A DNA stretch of 64,000 nucleotides from the NCBI GenBank assembly GCA_904063045.1, contig CAJFCJ010000006.1, positions 5,465,100 through 5,529,099 of the forward strand. The letters run 5' to 3'. Shown piece by piece: positions 1 to 13,400 of the stretch; positions within the stretch are counted from its first letter, which is position 1, and every line of letters begins with the position of its first letter. The position numbers and the translations under genes were made by a program. Source of the DNA: Dimorphilus gyrociliatus. Lineage: Eukaryota > Animalia > Annelida. The notes under the pieces were generated by a model that was not told where the DNA came from, made no database searches, and saw nothing but the letters and a program-made list of their open reading frames with translations.

Positions 1-1475
1 GCAAATATATATATTATGTACAAATGTTAACATAGATAACATTAAATGCTATAATCAATGTCAATTTTTCGATTAAATCAATGCGTGTTAAATCATTTTT
101 ACAACTCTGTTTTTTTGCTTTAAGGTCGAAGTTACAGATGTTTGTTTGTGTTTTAGACGTGTTGTCAGCAGTTGTTTTCCAATGAAGAAGTTCTCTTTGA
201 AATTTGTTTATAGTCTTCATCTATTCTCACTATCAAAATGTAAATAGAGAAACGCGGCAGCAGCGGCAACACGAATAATTAATGCTACCCGACTAGCACT
301 ACTATTTCTCTCTATCTTTTCTCACTTTCCTCTTTCTGTATGTGTCCCTGTCTCTCTTTACCACTTATTCAGTCTATTATTTTGTATTTTTCTCTCCTTC
401 GTTTTATCTCTCTCTCTCTCTCTCTCGAGCACTTAAGCTTTATACAGTATATCAAGATAGATACTGTATAATGAGGGGAGACAGAGAGGTTTCTATCTCC
501 ATTGTATTTTTTGTGAGAACGGTGATGAGCTAGTCACTCATTAATTCCCTTCCGGTAGCGTGATGACTTACGAGTCGTTTTTTTTTCTGTTATTGATCGA
601 CTAATGTAATATCCGACCTTTTGACTTTATATCTCACTTGTAAAGAGAAATATGAGCAGACGAGCCTACTAGGCGTTACTTTTTTTTATCTTGTTGAGTT
701 GGTGAAGAATCTCTGGAGAGTGGTGACGCCCAATAAAAAATCGACCTTAATTAAACTAATCGACGAAGCAGTCTGCTGCTGGATTGACTTGTCACATCCA
801 GTCGAGTCTGACGACGTACAATTGCCTATTGGATTACGTCGTTAGTGTACGTCGCAAAGAGAGGTGGGTGGGAGTGAGGGCGGCAATACTAGGTGTAAAA
901 TTTTAGGCTGTTTTTGGTGATTGACGAGGATCTGTAATTTCATTAACGAAATAAGGCGTGAGTTTAGATTATTGACAAGGGACAGGGAAAGATTTAATTT
1001 AGTTTCTGGATAATACTATAGTAGCAGGAGGCTATTTATTGGGTTATTAATTTATTAAAGCGGGAGGAAGGGATGAAAGAAATGCGAATCTCTCCTCGCT
1101 CTGTATGCATGGTACAATCGATAGGATAAGTTTGTAAGAAAGCGAGTAACACATTTCGGTGAGGAGGGAATTCTATTGATGGGAGGGCGTCATTGCGAGT
1201 TGTGCGTTATCGATCTGGGAATGGCGTAATTTTTTCTTTCTTCCAAATACATTTTCGTTTACTACAATTACAAATTTTTTTGACTGAGGGATTTAGTTTG
1301 CATGCAAACTTGAGAATCTATCTGCTTTCGTCAGATAAAACCTATATAATGGGAAATATTCTACTGTACCACGGCAACGAATAGCTATATTTCAAATTAT
1401 CTAGGCATTTTTTACTTTTTATTAACGACGGCATAAAAAAAAAGAATGTTTATGTTATTTTTATTTTTCCTTCAG

Positions 1476-4400
1476 GCCAAGGCTTATGGTGCAACATTGT
1501 ACACCGAAGTCGTAAAAAAATTAAAGCTAATTGAGGCGGACTATTTCGATTTGGAATTTACGGAAACCAGCGGTTGCAACGTTTGTAAATCCTTTTACAT
1601 TTTAATCCATAACCAATGATGGGATTATACCTTATACAGTGTTGGCTCGATAGAGAAAAACCAGTATTGAAACAGTTGAACCCAGCCGATTATACTTTGA
1701 GATTTGTTGTTAAGTTTTACACGCCTGATCCTGGTTTGTTAGAAGACGAATATACTAGGTAAGTTAGCTTTTTTTCTTGTAAATAACCGTAATAGAATAT
1801 GCGGAAGATCACTTTTTTTTTGTACTAGAATTCGTTCAGACCGTTTTTATATAGATTGTCAATGCTCTGAAGTAGTTTTACAAGTGTTATTATCGGATTC
1901 TCTATTCGTCTCTTGTTCTCGTAATATTTTGTTTAAGGAAAGAAAAAGTTTGAGTGAAAATAATTTAAACTAGAGAACACATTTCTGGGGTAATAGATAT
2001 TTCTTTGGCGCCAAATCTTATTTATTATGGTATATGATAATAAATATAGCGTATCTAGGGGTTGGAGTATTCTCCAATTTTTTTGCCCTATACGAATTCG
2101 GAAGATTACTGACCATGTCTTAAGAAAGAGCACAGAATGCAAATATTAACTGGGATCTGCTAACCGGAAACTTGCTTCTTGCTTTATCTCTTTAAAATAT
2201 CTCATCTATCCTGCGCAAAATGTCTGACCTCTTCTGTTAAGATTTTAACATTTTACGATTGAAAGGAAGTCAAGATACATTTAATCGTAATGAATTTATA
2301 TTGATACCATAAATGTTCGCAAGTATCTACGAAATGAAAATACTCTCACCTAGGGAATCAATAATATAATCTACACTGTATTTAGTAGACGAATTATTTC
2401 AGTCTAATTCAAGGAAATCGAATAATTTGGAGCTCATTAAATATGAATAAGTTTAAGAGTACAAAAGAGCGGAATAAAATCCTAATAAAAGAATTAGCAT
2501 TTCGGGAAAAATTAATTTTTTCTAAACAGGAATTTATTGTAATAGATTTTTTACTATTAAGATTAGATATATGAATTATTATAGAATGGCCTGATTTCGG
2601 GACCGTAGGAAATGGTTTGACCGAATTCCAAAAGTCTTATTTTGATAGATTCGTAAAGATTAATAATCGCTTCTTTACATTTTTCTATTGAATAAATGCT
2701 GCAATAATTAATTTCGAAGATAAATACTATATAATAAAGGAATAGCTTGGTGGAAAATAACCTCTCTTGTCAAAACGCTTCGGTTATTTTTTTTAATCCT
2801 CATAATCACTAGAGAATCTAGTACAATTGAGTTTTTTCGAGCGTTACACTTCCTGGCCGACTTCCTTCCAGCTTGATTGGCTAGACTGAGTTATATCTGT
2901 ACCACCATCTAGGATAAGAGGAGATTTTTAGTGTAACAGTCAGTCACGATTGCTTAATATTATTCCAAAACATTTGAAGTCAAGTCGAATCGGTCGAGTG
3001 GAAAAATCAGTCACCGCTTTATCTCAATTTCCTATCCCTCTTGACACAAGTCAAAGACAAATTTAGATTCTCAGGACGTGAAGAAAAAGTATGGTATTAA
3101 AAAAAAAAAAGAATAAGTGCCGAGAAATTTAAGCCGAGTCAGACGGATAATATATGTGTGCTTCGTTGATTACTAGTGAAGAAAGTTAGATAGTGCGCAC
3201 CGATAAAAGCTGGTAGAAGAACGAATATCGTCAATGAGATGGAAAAGACATTCATGAACTCGGAAAGCAACATTTTATAGGCAACGTTCCTTCTTTTACG
3301 AGAACGTGTCTTCAGCAGCACAAGTAAATTGGATAGTGGCGGTCTTTTTAATGGCACCTCCTATACGGATATAAAAGGAGATTTTGTTCCAATTTAGAAA
3401 ATCTGAGAATGTTGCCATTTTTTTCGATGATACCTGTGTCTACTGTAGAATGAAACCAGGAATAACTTTAATAAAAATTCGCCAATTTATCTATAAAACC
3501 CTTTAGGGCAAATAACCCATGATTATCACTTTTCCTTGCCAGTCTCGTCTTCTGTCCTATTATTTCTCCATGTCTTGGGCAAATCTTGCGGTTTGTTAGT
3601 CGTCTCAAATTCCTACAGATCTCATTTATGTTGAAATAAGGACTGATCGATAGATTGCAGTAGCATTAGATTGGAGATAGATAATAGATATAGAAAAGAG
3701 TTGTGTATTTCCTGCCTACAATTTACATAGTTTAAATATTTTAATATTGAAAAAATATTTTCATATGCACTCCTTATCGGGAACTACTATTAGCACAAGT
3801 TAAACAAACCTAGTTTTTTAGAGGAAATTTAGAAATTAAAACTCCTTGAGATCAAGTCACAATAGAAGATAAAATAGATATAGGTATCTACTTTATAAAG
3901 CACTTTGTACTAAGATTTAGTCAATAAAAATTACTTTACCTTGATAAATTTTTTGAACATTTGATTCTTACTCAATAATTATAAATCGAAAATTACTTTT
4001 TATTACTACTTCCTGATGATTTCTCAAGTTCTGCATAAATATTAAAAATTGATTTTTATATGAATCATTTAAGACTTGAATAAGCTTTAACTAAAAATCG
4101 ATCAACCATTCAGACACTTTTTTATGTTGACTTGCACTTCAAGTACAATTTCTGCGACTAACTGATTAATAATATTTATTATTCAAGGACATTTTAAAAA
4201 AAAACTAGCCAATCGTAGGGACTATTTTGGCTCGGTTGCGTGCAGGCTGAATTTACTCATATTAAACGATTATTATAGTTTTATTGCTGACGACATTTCA
4301 TGGTGAACGGTATAAGACTTATTATATGAGCAGTTAAGAAAGATAACAGCCATTCAGCTGGGGAGAAAGAATATATTCAATTTTTTCAAAAGAAAATATT

Positions 4401-7400
4401 ATATTGAGAGAGATTCTATTTTATATTCGGTGAAAAGGATTCTCAGATGGCGTGCATTTCGAGTATTAGAGAGCAGAAATCAACAAAAATCAATAACAAT
4501 TTGCCGCCTGAATCAACTAATCGATCACAAAATAAATTATCAGTTACTGAAAGGTTAAAGAAACTCGTAATATTTAAATCGAGAAAACGTGGTCAGGAGA
4601 AAGGACGTCGTTTAGCCTCAATTCAGGAATTGGGTGAAAAAGTAGATATTAATATCTTTTTTGGGAGATTAGAAGAAAAGGGAGTGTTGGCAAAGTAGGT
4701 GGCAATATGTAATATTTTCTTGTCACACATTTTATGTGTGCACAACGAAATATTTTTCTCTTTTATATACAAGTGTATAAACCATATATATATATATTAT
4801 ATACGTATTCACGTATGTATTATAGATTGAGGCATGAGGGAACAATAATTATGTATGGAGTAAGGAGCAATCAATTGCAAATAATTTTAACCAGAAGTGT
4901 CGAGTCCTCTGTGCGCAATACACTTTTGGAGTCTAGCGGGTATTCTCAGGCGTGTTTGGATTACTTTATACGCTATGACTTTGTAAAATCTTTTAAATTC
5001 GAACAAGACTCTGGTTTCCTTTGTTCCAATGGTCATGGACTTGCGACAATTGGTTTTGTAATATATGATGGGAAACGCCACTACGGAGTCACAGTTAATC
5101 ATGGTGCTCATATAAATCCGTCCCAAGCATTTTACGATCAAACTAGCAAATTTTGCAATAAACAGATTGGAGGTCACTTTTTCTCAGCTTTTAGGGTTTC
5201 ACCTTTAGCTAATAATAATAATAATTATAATAATAATATATCGCTGCTCAATGATATTGAATCAGATCACCGTTCTAGAAATATATCTTCCGCATCAATC
5301 AGGACAAAGTCTTTACCATTAGTTAGTTTTACAACAGCTCCCGGTTACGTGCCTGTTCCAATGATTGAACAAGAAGTTTTCAGATCAATTAGTCAAGAGC
5401 ATAGCATGGATTTTACAGTAATAGAACTAACAGAGTCATTAGTCGATTATAAGGAATCAACAATTCACTTTGAACCTATATCAGAAGGAACAAGTCTTTG
5501 GATTGATACATGGAACGGTCCTCACGAGTGTGTTGTTCATAGTGTGTCAGTGGCTGTTCAAATTGATAATAATAGTTGCTTTACTGACATGGTATTACTA
5601 AGGAATAATAATTCAGTGCAAAGAGGGGATTCGGGTTGTGTTTATATTCGCCAGAATCGTTTGTATTTAATACACCTGGGCAGAATAACCTACGAATTGG
5701 AAGAGAGATCGAAAAAATTTAGCTTTAATGTAGCTGTTCCTTTGAAGAACGAATGGGACTTGATGAAAAAAGCAATTATTTGTAGGAAAATTAAACTGGG
5801 GTTAGACTAAACAAAAAAAAAAACGAATTCATTCACTATAGAAAATGAAGACTCTCTAAGTACATTATAGGTCCTGCTGCTGCGTTTAGTTATTTTTTTA
5901 TTTTTTATCAAAACACAACCAACTTTTTTTAATTTCTTACAAGTTTACATTTGTTTTTTTATTTTATTTTATATCCGTATATCTTACGTCATTCTAGTGC
6001 TTACCTCTCGTTACTAGTCGAATGACTGATAGTATTACACCGATAGCAGACTTACTTAGAAGAAGTTATCTGATCTTTCAATGGGCTTTATAATTTTTTT
6101 CTGGCTGCTTTATAGTATTTAATCTTTTCTTTGTATTTAGTAAATAAAATTTGTGATAAGATATTATTTTGTATTGATAAATGTACGTTGTAAAGGGGAG
6201 GAAATAAGAAAAAATTGTATGACTAAGAGAAATGTTGGCTATATAGAAGAGTTATCCATGAGGCAATATTTCACACTCTTTAGGTTCGTTTTGAGGCTTG
6301 GCTAAGTGGGGTTAAAAGTTCTCTTGTAAGTCGGCACGTAAAAGGTGGTGGGGTACGAATTGATTTCAGAGCTAACGAATATTTCATTTATAGACCTTAA
6401 TAAGACGTATAGTGTAAACAAGTAAGAATATTGGAATTTATTCTTACTGAACTTGGAACTTTGTTCGAATTCTAATTAGTATCATTTGTTTGTTGAAGTG
6501 GAAATAAAATTCGAATCTTAATGAGTAAACAACTGCAAATGATTTTTCTTAATTTACAAGGTATCTATTCGCGCTGCAAATACGAAGAGATCTACTTACT
6601 GGCGTCATACCGTGCCAAGACCATACTGCCGTTCTCCTTGCTTCCTACATTGCACAAGGTTAGTGAAATTTAAAAACTTTAAATGCGTGCGGATGATCAA
6701 AAGAAGGAAAATGTTATTGACTAATGATAATATCATTCCAGCTGAATTGGGAGATTTCATTGAGGATGAATATGTCGATCATACGTACTTGAAAACGTTA
6801 AGGCTCCTTCCAAATCAAACGGATGATTTAGAAATTAAAATAATGGAACATCATAGAGAACATATGTTAGTAGTGTTTTTTATTTAAAAGCTTCTTGTTT
6901 AGTTAAGTGATTTCTATAAAAACTGATTGTTTACTTAAATAGAGGACAAACCCCACCTGATGCAGAATTCAATCTACTCGATACCGCCCGGAAAGTAGAG
7001 CTGTACGGAATTAAAATGCACCCCGCAAAGGTACTGGTAAGGCACACTTTATCGTGCATGCTGCAATTAATTTATCTATTGTTATTTTTCTTTCAATTGT
7101 CATACTTCTGTTGGCTTCTTTATTTTTCTCATAAAAACGAAATTTCCTTCAGAACATTTAGTACTACATTATCTCTATTTTCAGGACCACGAAGGAGTGT
7201 CACTTAACTTAGCCGTCGCTCATATGGGCGTTTTAGTCTTTCAAGGATATACGAAAATCAATACATTTTCATGGGCTAAAATCAGGAAATTGTCGTTCAA
7301 GCGCAAGAAGTTCTTAACTAAACTTCATCCCGAAGGCTACGTAAGTTCCTATTAGTGTCAAATTCTATTGTGGTTACTCTTTCTTCAATTTAACAAGGTT

Positions 7401-10400
7401 TTTCTCTCTCTTACACATGCGTACACTCTCTTTCTCTCACATCCCTATCTCTATCTGTCTATCTCATTTATGCGTTTATCTGTCAATCTATCTATCTATC
7501 TATCTTTTTCCTATTCTTAAAGCATGCATTACTTATTATTATTTGGTAAAGAAGAGAGTTTTTTATTTTAGAGTTTTTATCATTGAATATTTATCTAAAA
7601 AAAAATTGTCAATTTCCTGTTTATTATTCATATTCTCTATTTAAATATGACTTTCTTTACGTGACGATAGGCCGAGGTAACAAGGATGAGCATAAATGTT
7701 CTTATTATTTTATTCTTATTGGTGTTATATTTTTACCCATTAGAAAGAGCTTATTAAGCATGAAAATAAATTTGCTTATTATCTTATACCCCGAAGACAC
7801 CTACAAATAATAATAGTTGCTATTATTAAGTTATACAGTATAGTCTTTTTTAGTAAGATTTAGCGTACACTCTTATTTAATTTGTCGTAGTTGTGTCAGT
7901 ATTTCCCTACGAATTCATTATGGAAAAGATTGAAAAGAGAAATGCTTTTTTTGTTCGTTAAATAGGGTTATTATAAGGATACAGTCGAATTTTACTTTGA
8001 CACAAGAAACGAATGTAAAAACTTCTGGAAGAAATGTATTGAACATCACGCCTTTTTCCGTTGTCATTCTGTAAAAAGATTAGCTAGAAATAAGACAAGA
8101 GTCGTCAGCAAAGGATCATCATTCAGGTAATGTTAACAGCAAAAATAATATATTAAGAATTATAAATAATAATAAAATATATTTTTAATAGATACTGCGG
8201 AAGGACTCAAAAACAATTGACAGAATTTGTCAGGGATCATTTTGTTAAGAGGTCAACATTTGAAAGGTGAATAAAATTTTTTTTCCATATAGATGTTAAG
8301 TAACTTAAATAGCGTTCTAGTTAAATATTATAAAAAGAAATAAATCGAAAAGCAACTGTATTTTGGTCGTTTATTGTAATTTAGTAAAAAAAAACAGAGT
8401 AAAAGCATCTAAATTTACGATATCAATATTTTTTGCATGCTATCTTTTGTCGAATGCACAGAAAGTAAGCATTATGTTGTAGTTGACTGAGTAATTGTTC
8501 ACTTAAATGCTTTTATATGTACAGTATAGACATACAACTAATAGTATATATCTGATTATCTGATTCTCTTTTTCGTGCACTCTTGGTTTTCTGATTCGAT
8601 ACTATTTAATTTGCTAGTAGATGAGATGGCTTCCTAATCTTAGCTTAGTAGTTGTAAATTGTATCGGATTGTAGCTTTCAGAAAACAGTATTCATTCTTA
8701 GTTGATCAATTAATTATGAAGATTACAGGGCTGTTTGTTTGTTAAAACTGTTTTATTCATCGAGTGTTTTTACTTATTTAGATCAGCATCGCAGAGAACT
8801 ATGGCTTCCGTTGGCAAAACGCCAACACCAAATACGGGAACATTGAACTCGAAGCATGAATTCCTTATGCATAATACGTCAAGTGGTTCACATACTCTTG
8901 AACGGGCACACACGATCGAAGATGACGGTTCTCCCAAACGATCTGACCGAGCTAGAAGCACGGAAAGACCGAATGAAAAAAAGAAGTCAGCTTTGGAGCA
9001 GCTAGAGAGGACAACAAAAGGTGCTTCGGACGATTTCAATTATGAGTATTATCGGTTAAGTTATGACGATAAAATAGCTAATAGTAATCGCGTTAACGGT
9101 GTGCGTAAAATTTGTGCCGGTACAAATGACAATGATGACGGCGTTTCGCGTGGTTCGTATCATTTGAGTGTTGAGTGTTCGTTGGATAAGAGGGACTCTT
9201 CCTTAGACGCACTTGACGATCATGCGCGATCCGAAAGTGACGTTGAGGAGTTGACTGTCGAAAAATCCGATTCCAATGAAAACGTAAAAAAGGTACAAGT
9301 TGTCTTAGAAGCTGATAGCTTCGATAGGGGTGGTGAAGATGAAGAAGAGCTAGGGAAAAATAAGGAAGCCGAAAACAATGATGAAAAAGAACTACCAGAG
9401 GAATCGAAGGAGGGAGCTGAAATGAAGGAAAATATCACAGAAGAAAGTGTTTCACAAGAAGAACAAGCAGAAAACATTGATGCTACTCAGGAAGGGGCAG
9501 ATGATGAAGAAGAAGCCCTCAACGAGATTAATGCGAATAAGATTAAAGATCTGCTTAGCGAAACTCTCATAGACAGTGAGCACGAGGAAGATGAGATTAA
9601 AAATGAGACTGATGTTCTTAACGGAAACACCAATCTTGATAAGAACATTGCTGAAGAGCATTTAAATGAAGATATTCCATACTTTTTGTATAAGCGTAGC
9701 GCAGATAGATCTAGATCAGTCTCTCGTGAAGCCTCTACAGAACGACCTCGAATGTCACGGGAAGACAAGCGGTTGGAAATGGAGCAGATAAAAACATCTC
9801 TTAAGTCGAACAGAACCCGCAGGGATCAATCGCCCAGTTTAGTGATAGATTATAAGTCTTTACCCTCGAAGGACTCTTTTTCGTTTGTTGACGATACCGT
9901 CAGTCCTACAGAAGAAAAAAATCTAATCGATTTGATGAGAATTAGAGATAGCGGAAGACATGTAACTCTACCACTTGCTCCTGTAGTCGTCGCAACTCAG
10001 ACCCTTCCGGTGGCCGAAAGCCTAGATATGGCTAATTATGATCCGCCAGCTCCTTTATTACCCTCTGTTCCTATTGTTGAAGAGAGTTCGGAGGAGCAGT
10101 CTTTAAGTGATACGCATTCGTCAGCTCCAACTGTTCGCGAGATAGAAGAAGATGAGAAGTCAGATAAAAGCGAGTTTATGCGATGCGATACGGTTGCAGA
10201 GACTGTTGCAAAATTTTTAGCTGATGAGCGAAATTTAGCTCCACCGTATCCGCCTCCACCAATTCCGTGTTTAGAAGAAAAGGAGAAAGAGGAATCGGAA
10301 CCGGAAGAGATTGCAACAGCTGCTGATTTGCTCAGTCCCTCTTCTTCCAAATTAAATACTATACCTGCTATTGATGACGATGAAGAAGAACAAAGGTTTT

Positions 10401-13400
10401 CCGATTGTGATGTTATGACTGAAACAGTTTCATCATTTTTGGCTAAGCCATTAGATTTAGAGCTTCCACCTCCTCCACCTCCTCCACTCCTTTGTGACAT
10501 AGATCTAGATGATGATTCTTTTAATTCATCGCCTAAACGAAAGAAATTAGTAAAATTTGCCGGTTCTAGCACAGATTCAAGTAGAACGGACCTGAGCGAG
10601 AGGCAGAGGAAAGGAATGAGTTCTGCTTCATCTGATACTTCAGAAAAAGAAGCAGAATCAAGCACAAGCGTATCATCCCCTTCTGATGCTTACGAAAAGG
10701 GTATACTTTTATCATCTGGAGCACCTAAAGCGTCGATGGAAGACTTGTCAGGCACAACAGATTCCGAAGACGGAATAGCAGCAAAGAATGATTTAGAAGA
10801 TAATAATAGACAAGTGACTGATGTAAAATTGTCTTTGGGATTTTCAGAGTCAGAATTAGAGACGCTTGTAGAGGATTCATCGTATAGAGAACATCAATCA
10901 AATGCTGGGCATCCATACATGGAGAGATCTTCTTCAGATGAAGAGGAAGATACGTTGGGACCTTTACAAAGTGATGGTATAGAGAAAAAATTCGAGGACC
11001 TACTTGAGGCTCAACTAGCTGAGGATAGTTCAGAGAGTGATGAAAACCCAATAGCTGATATAGAGGAAGCGGCGGATATTTTAGATGCTGACGTCTTCAG
11101 AAATCCTTACAATGTTAAAGGAGATCAATACGATTTTGAAATGTCCCCAATTAAGACACAGGGTTCGATAAAATCTGATGCAGAATTATTTGACAGTAGT
11201 TCTAGCGATGGGGAGGAGGTAGGTAGAATGGAAAATGAGGAGAATAGAGATTTACTGGAAGCTCTTGAAAAGCTTGATCTACCTGAAACTGTGCATGAAG
11301 ATGATGATAGGGGCATGGGAGAGGAATTTAAGGCGGAAGTAGTCGACTCTTCGTCAGCGGAGAGCGACTTTGTGGACGTAGCACAGATATTAAGAGAAAA
11401 GAATAAGTCTAGATCGTCCGCTGAAAGCGATCAACATGCAGAATCTAATACAGAAAATTAGTGAGGCTTTTTCCCTCTCATACTTCAGACTAAAAAAAAG
11501 GCTTATTGTTTTTTATGATCGTCTGTAAATAGGTATTTTTTTTTTGCCTTGGGTAAGGTGCACTGCCAAAACAAAAAAAAAGACGGGAGGATCAAGGGGA
11601 TTTACACTAGAGTTAATTTTCTCAATTTTTATCTGCTCATTGTTTCCTGAAGAATTTATTTCGCTGTAATAGTATTTTATTTTGTTAAAAAGTATTAAAA
11701 CTATAAAATCCTTTTCATATTTAGGTAAAAAAAATTGCACGCCTTGTTCTTGCTTTTGTTGCTTTTTGTTGCTTCACATAGTCGCTTCAAATTAGATAGA
11801 TATACTTAATGATATTACTTCTCAAACAAAGGCTGATAATATTAGTTGAAATATTATTCTATTGCTAATTAGAAAAGCAAGAATAACAGAAAATAAGCCG
11901 CTAGTCATTGTCATTTGACGGATATTCATTTTCTGTTTCTGTTTGTCAACAGATGAATATTCTTAGTTTTAACAAAAACAAAAACATAAAAAGAAAAATG
12001 TCTCTTCTTTGATGTCACAAATTCTGCTTGCTCTTTATTTTGGTCTTGTGAACAGCCTTTGTTTTTTTTTTCTCTCTCTCTCTCTCTTATTTATATATAA
12101 GGCGGATGAAGATTGATTTTTTCTCTCTCTCCTTTTGTTAAGGGAAAAAACAAACAAAAATTTATAAAAGAGTATTGCTCTGAGCCCTTTTGGCTATAAT
12201 TTTCATCCGCTTTGTTTGTTCAGATTGTAGTTGTTTTTTACTTAGAATAGTGGCTCTCACTAACAAGAATCTCTGACGCATATGCTCATAATCTGCTGCA
12301 GTATAATATTATAAATCGATCGTCTTTTTCGTGCAGAGACTTCTCATTCCAGCTATTTTTTTTAAAATATCGTCAAATTAATTATTAAGCAACTGTCTCA
12401 TGTACATTATGTCTTTTTTGTTTATTATTTGGAATAAAGCTTATATCTCTCCATCTTTATGATATATGTAATATGTATATATATCTATACGAAATATATA
12501 TGCATATGTATGCCCTATGTGTATTTATATACACTAAAAATCTATCCTGTAAATATAAGAAGTTTTGTGTATATATATAAAAGAATATATGTATGCATAT
12601 ATATTTTTATATTGAATGTATGTATGTATTTTATCAACGAATTGCGCGAAGAGGTCATCATTGTCATTTTTATCATCTCTGTCCATTCATCCTATATATA
12701 TATATATATATATATGTAAATAATAGGAGGTTATATTAGGTTACAGTTAGATTAGAAAGCTTGTTGAATAATTTACACTTTAGTCAATTTATAATCTAAA
12801 TAGCTGTTAGGTTTATTAAAATCTTTATAGGTAATTATTTATATAAAGCGAAAACGATATGAAAAAAAAAAGAAACTTTTTTTTCGTCTTGTGAATAGAG
12901 AATGATGAGAAATTTATCGAATTTGTAGTCTATTCATCTATCAAAAGGTGATTAGATTTGTTTCACAGATATTTATCGCTTTTCCTATTTAAGTAACTGT
13001 TATAAAACTAGAGTCAAATTCTCTCGAAGCCTTATAAAGGATCTGTAATTAGAGCTGTATATTAGCCGTTTTATGTAGGATACGAATATATTATAGGCTT
13101 CTAATTAAGCGACAAGTTTTAAGGGTCTCTCTTTCCTTCCAAAAAAATAAAAATATAGTTTAATTTACCTTTAAATGAAAATTTTCCAGCAAGTCTGTCG
13201 AATAATAATCACGCCCTTGCACAAGATGGCGTTCCACCTCAGCACCACCTACTCAATCCTCAGCAGTTTATGCTAGGAGACCGAAAATTTTCCGAGCCGG
13301 TAATGTTGGGAAGTGAGGAGGATGAGAGGAGAGAGTTAGCCCGGAGTCCTGAGATTGAAGATATTCCCGAAAAGATTGAACATATTAACTCTTTACCATC

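Noticed and set aside
1900-3660. Short open stretches in FARP intron 2 (e.g. [22 protein letters not shown] near 2586-2652; ORFs 1933-2142 and 3139-3357)
   Set aside because: I could not chain them into a phase-consistent gene or recognise a domain. A decayed gene or element is possible but unsupported.
8770-11316. Several minus-strand ORFs (8770-9039, 9220-9477, 9487-9768, 10036-10665, 11125-11316)
   Set aside because: Ser/Phe-rich antisense shadows of the acidic FARP exon with no independent signals.
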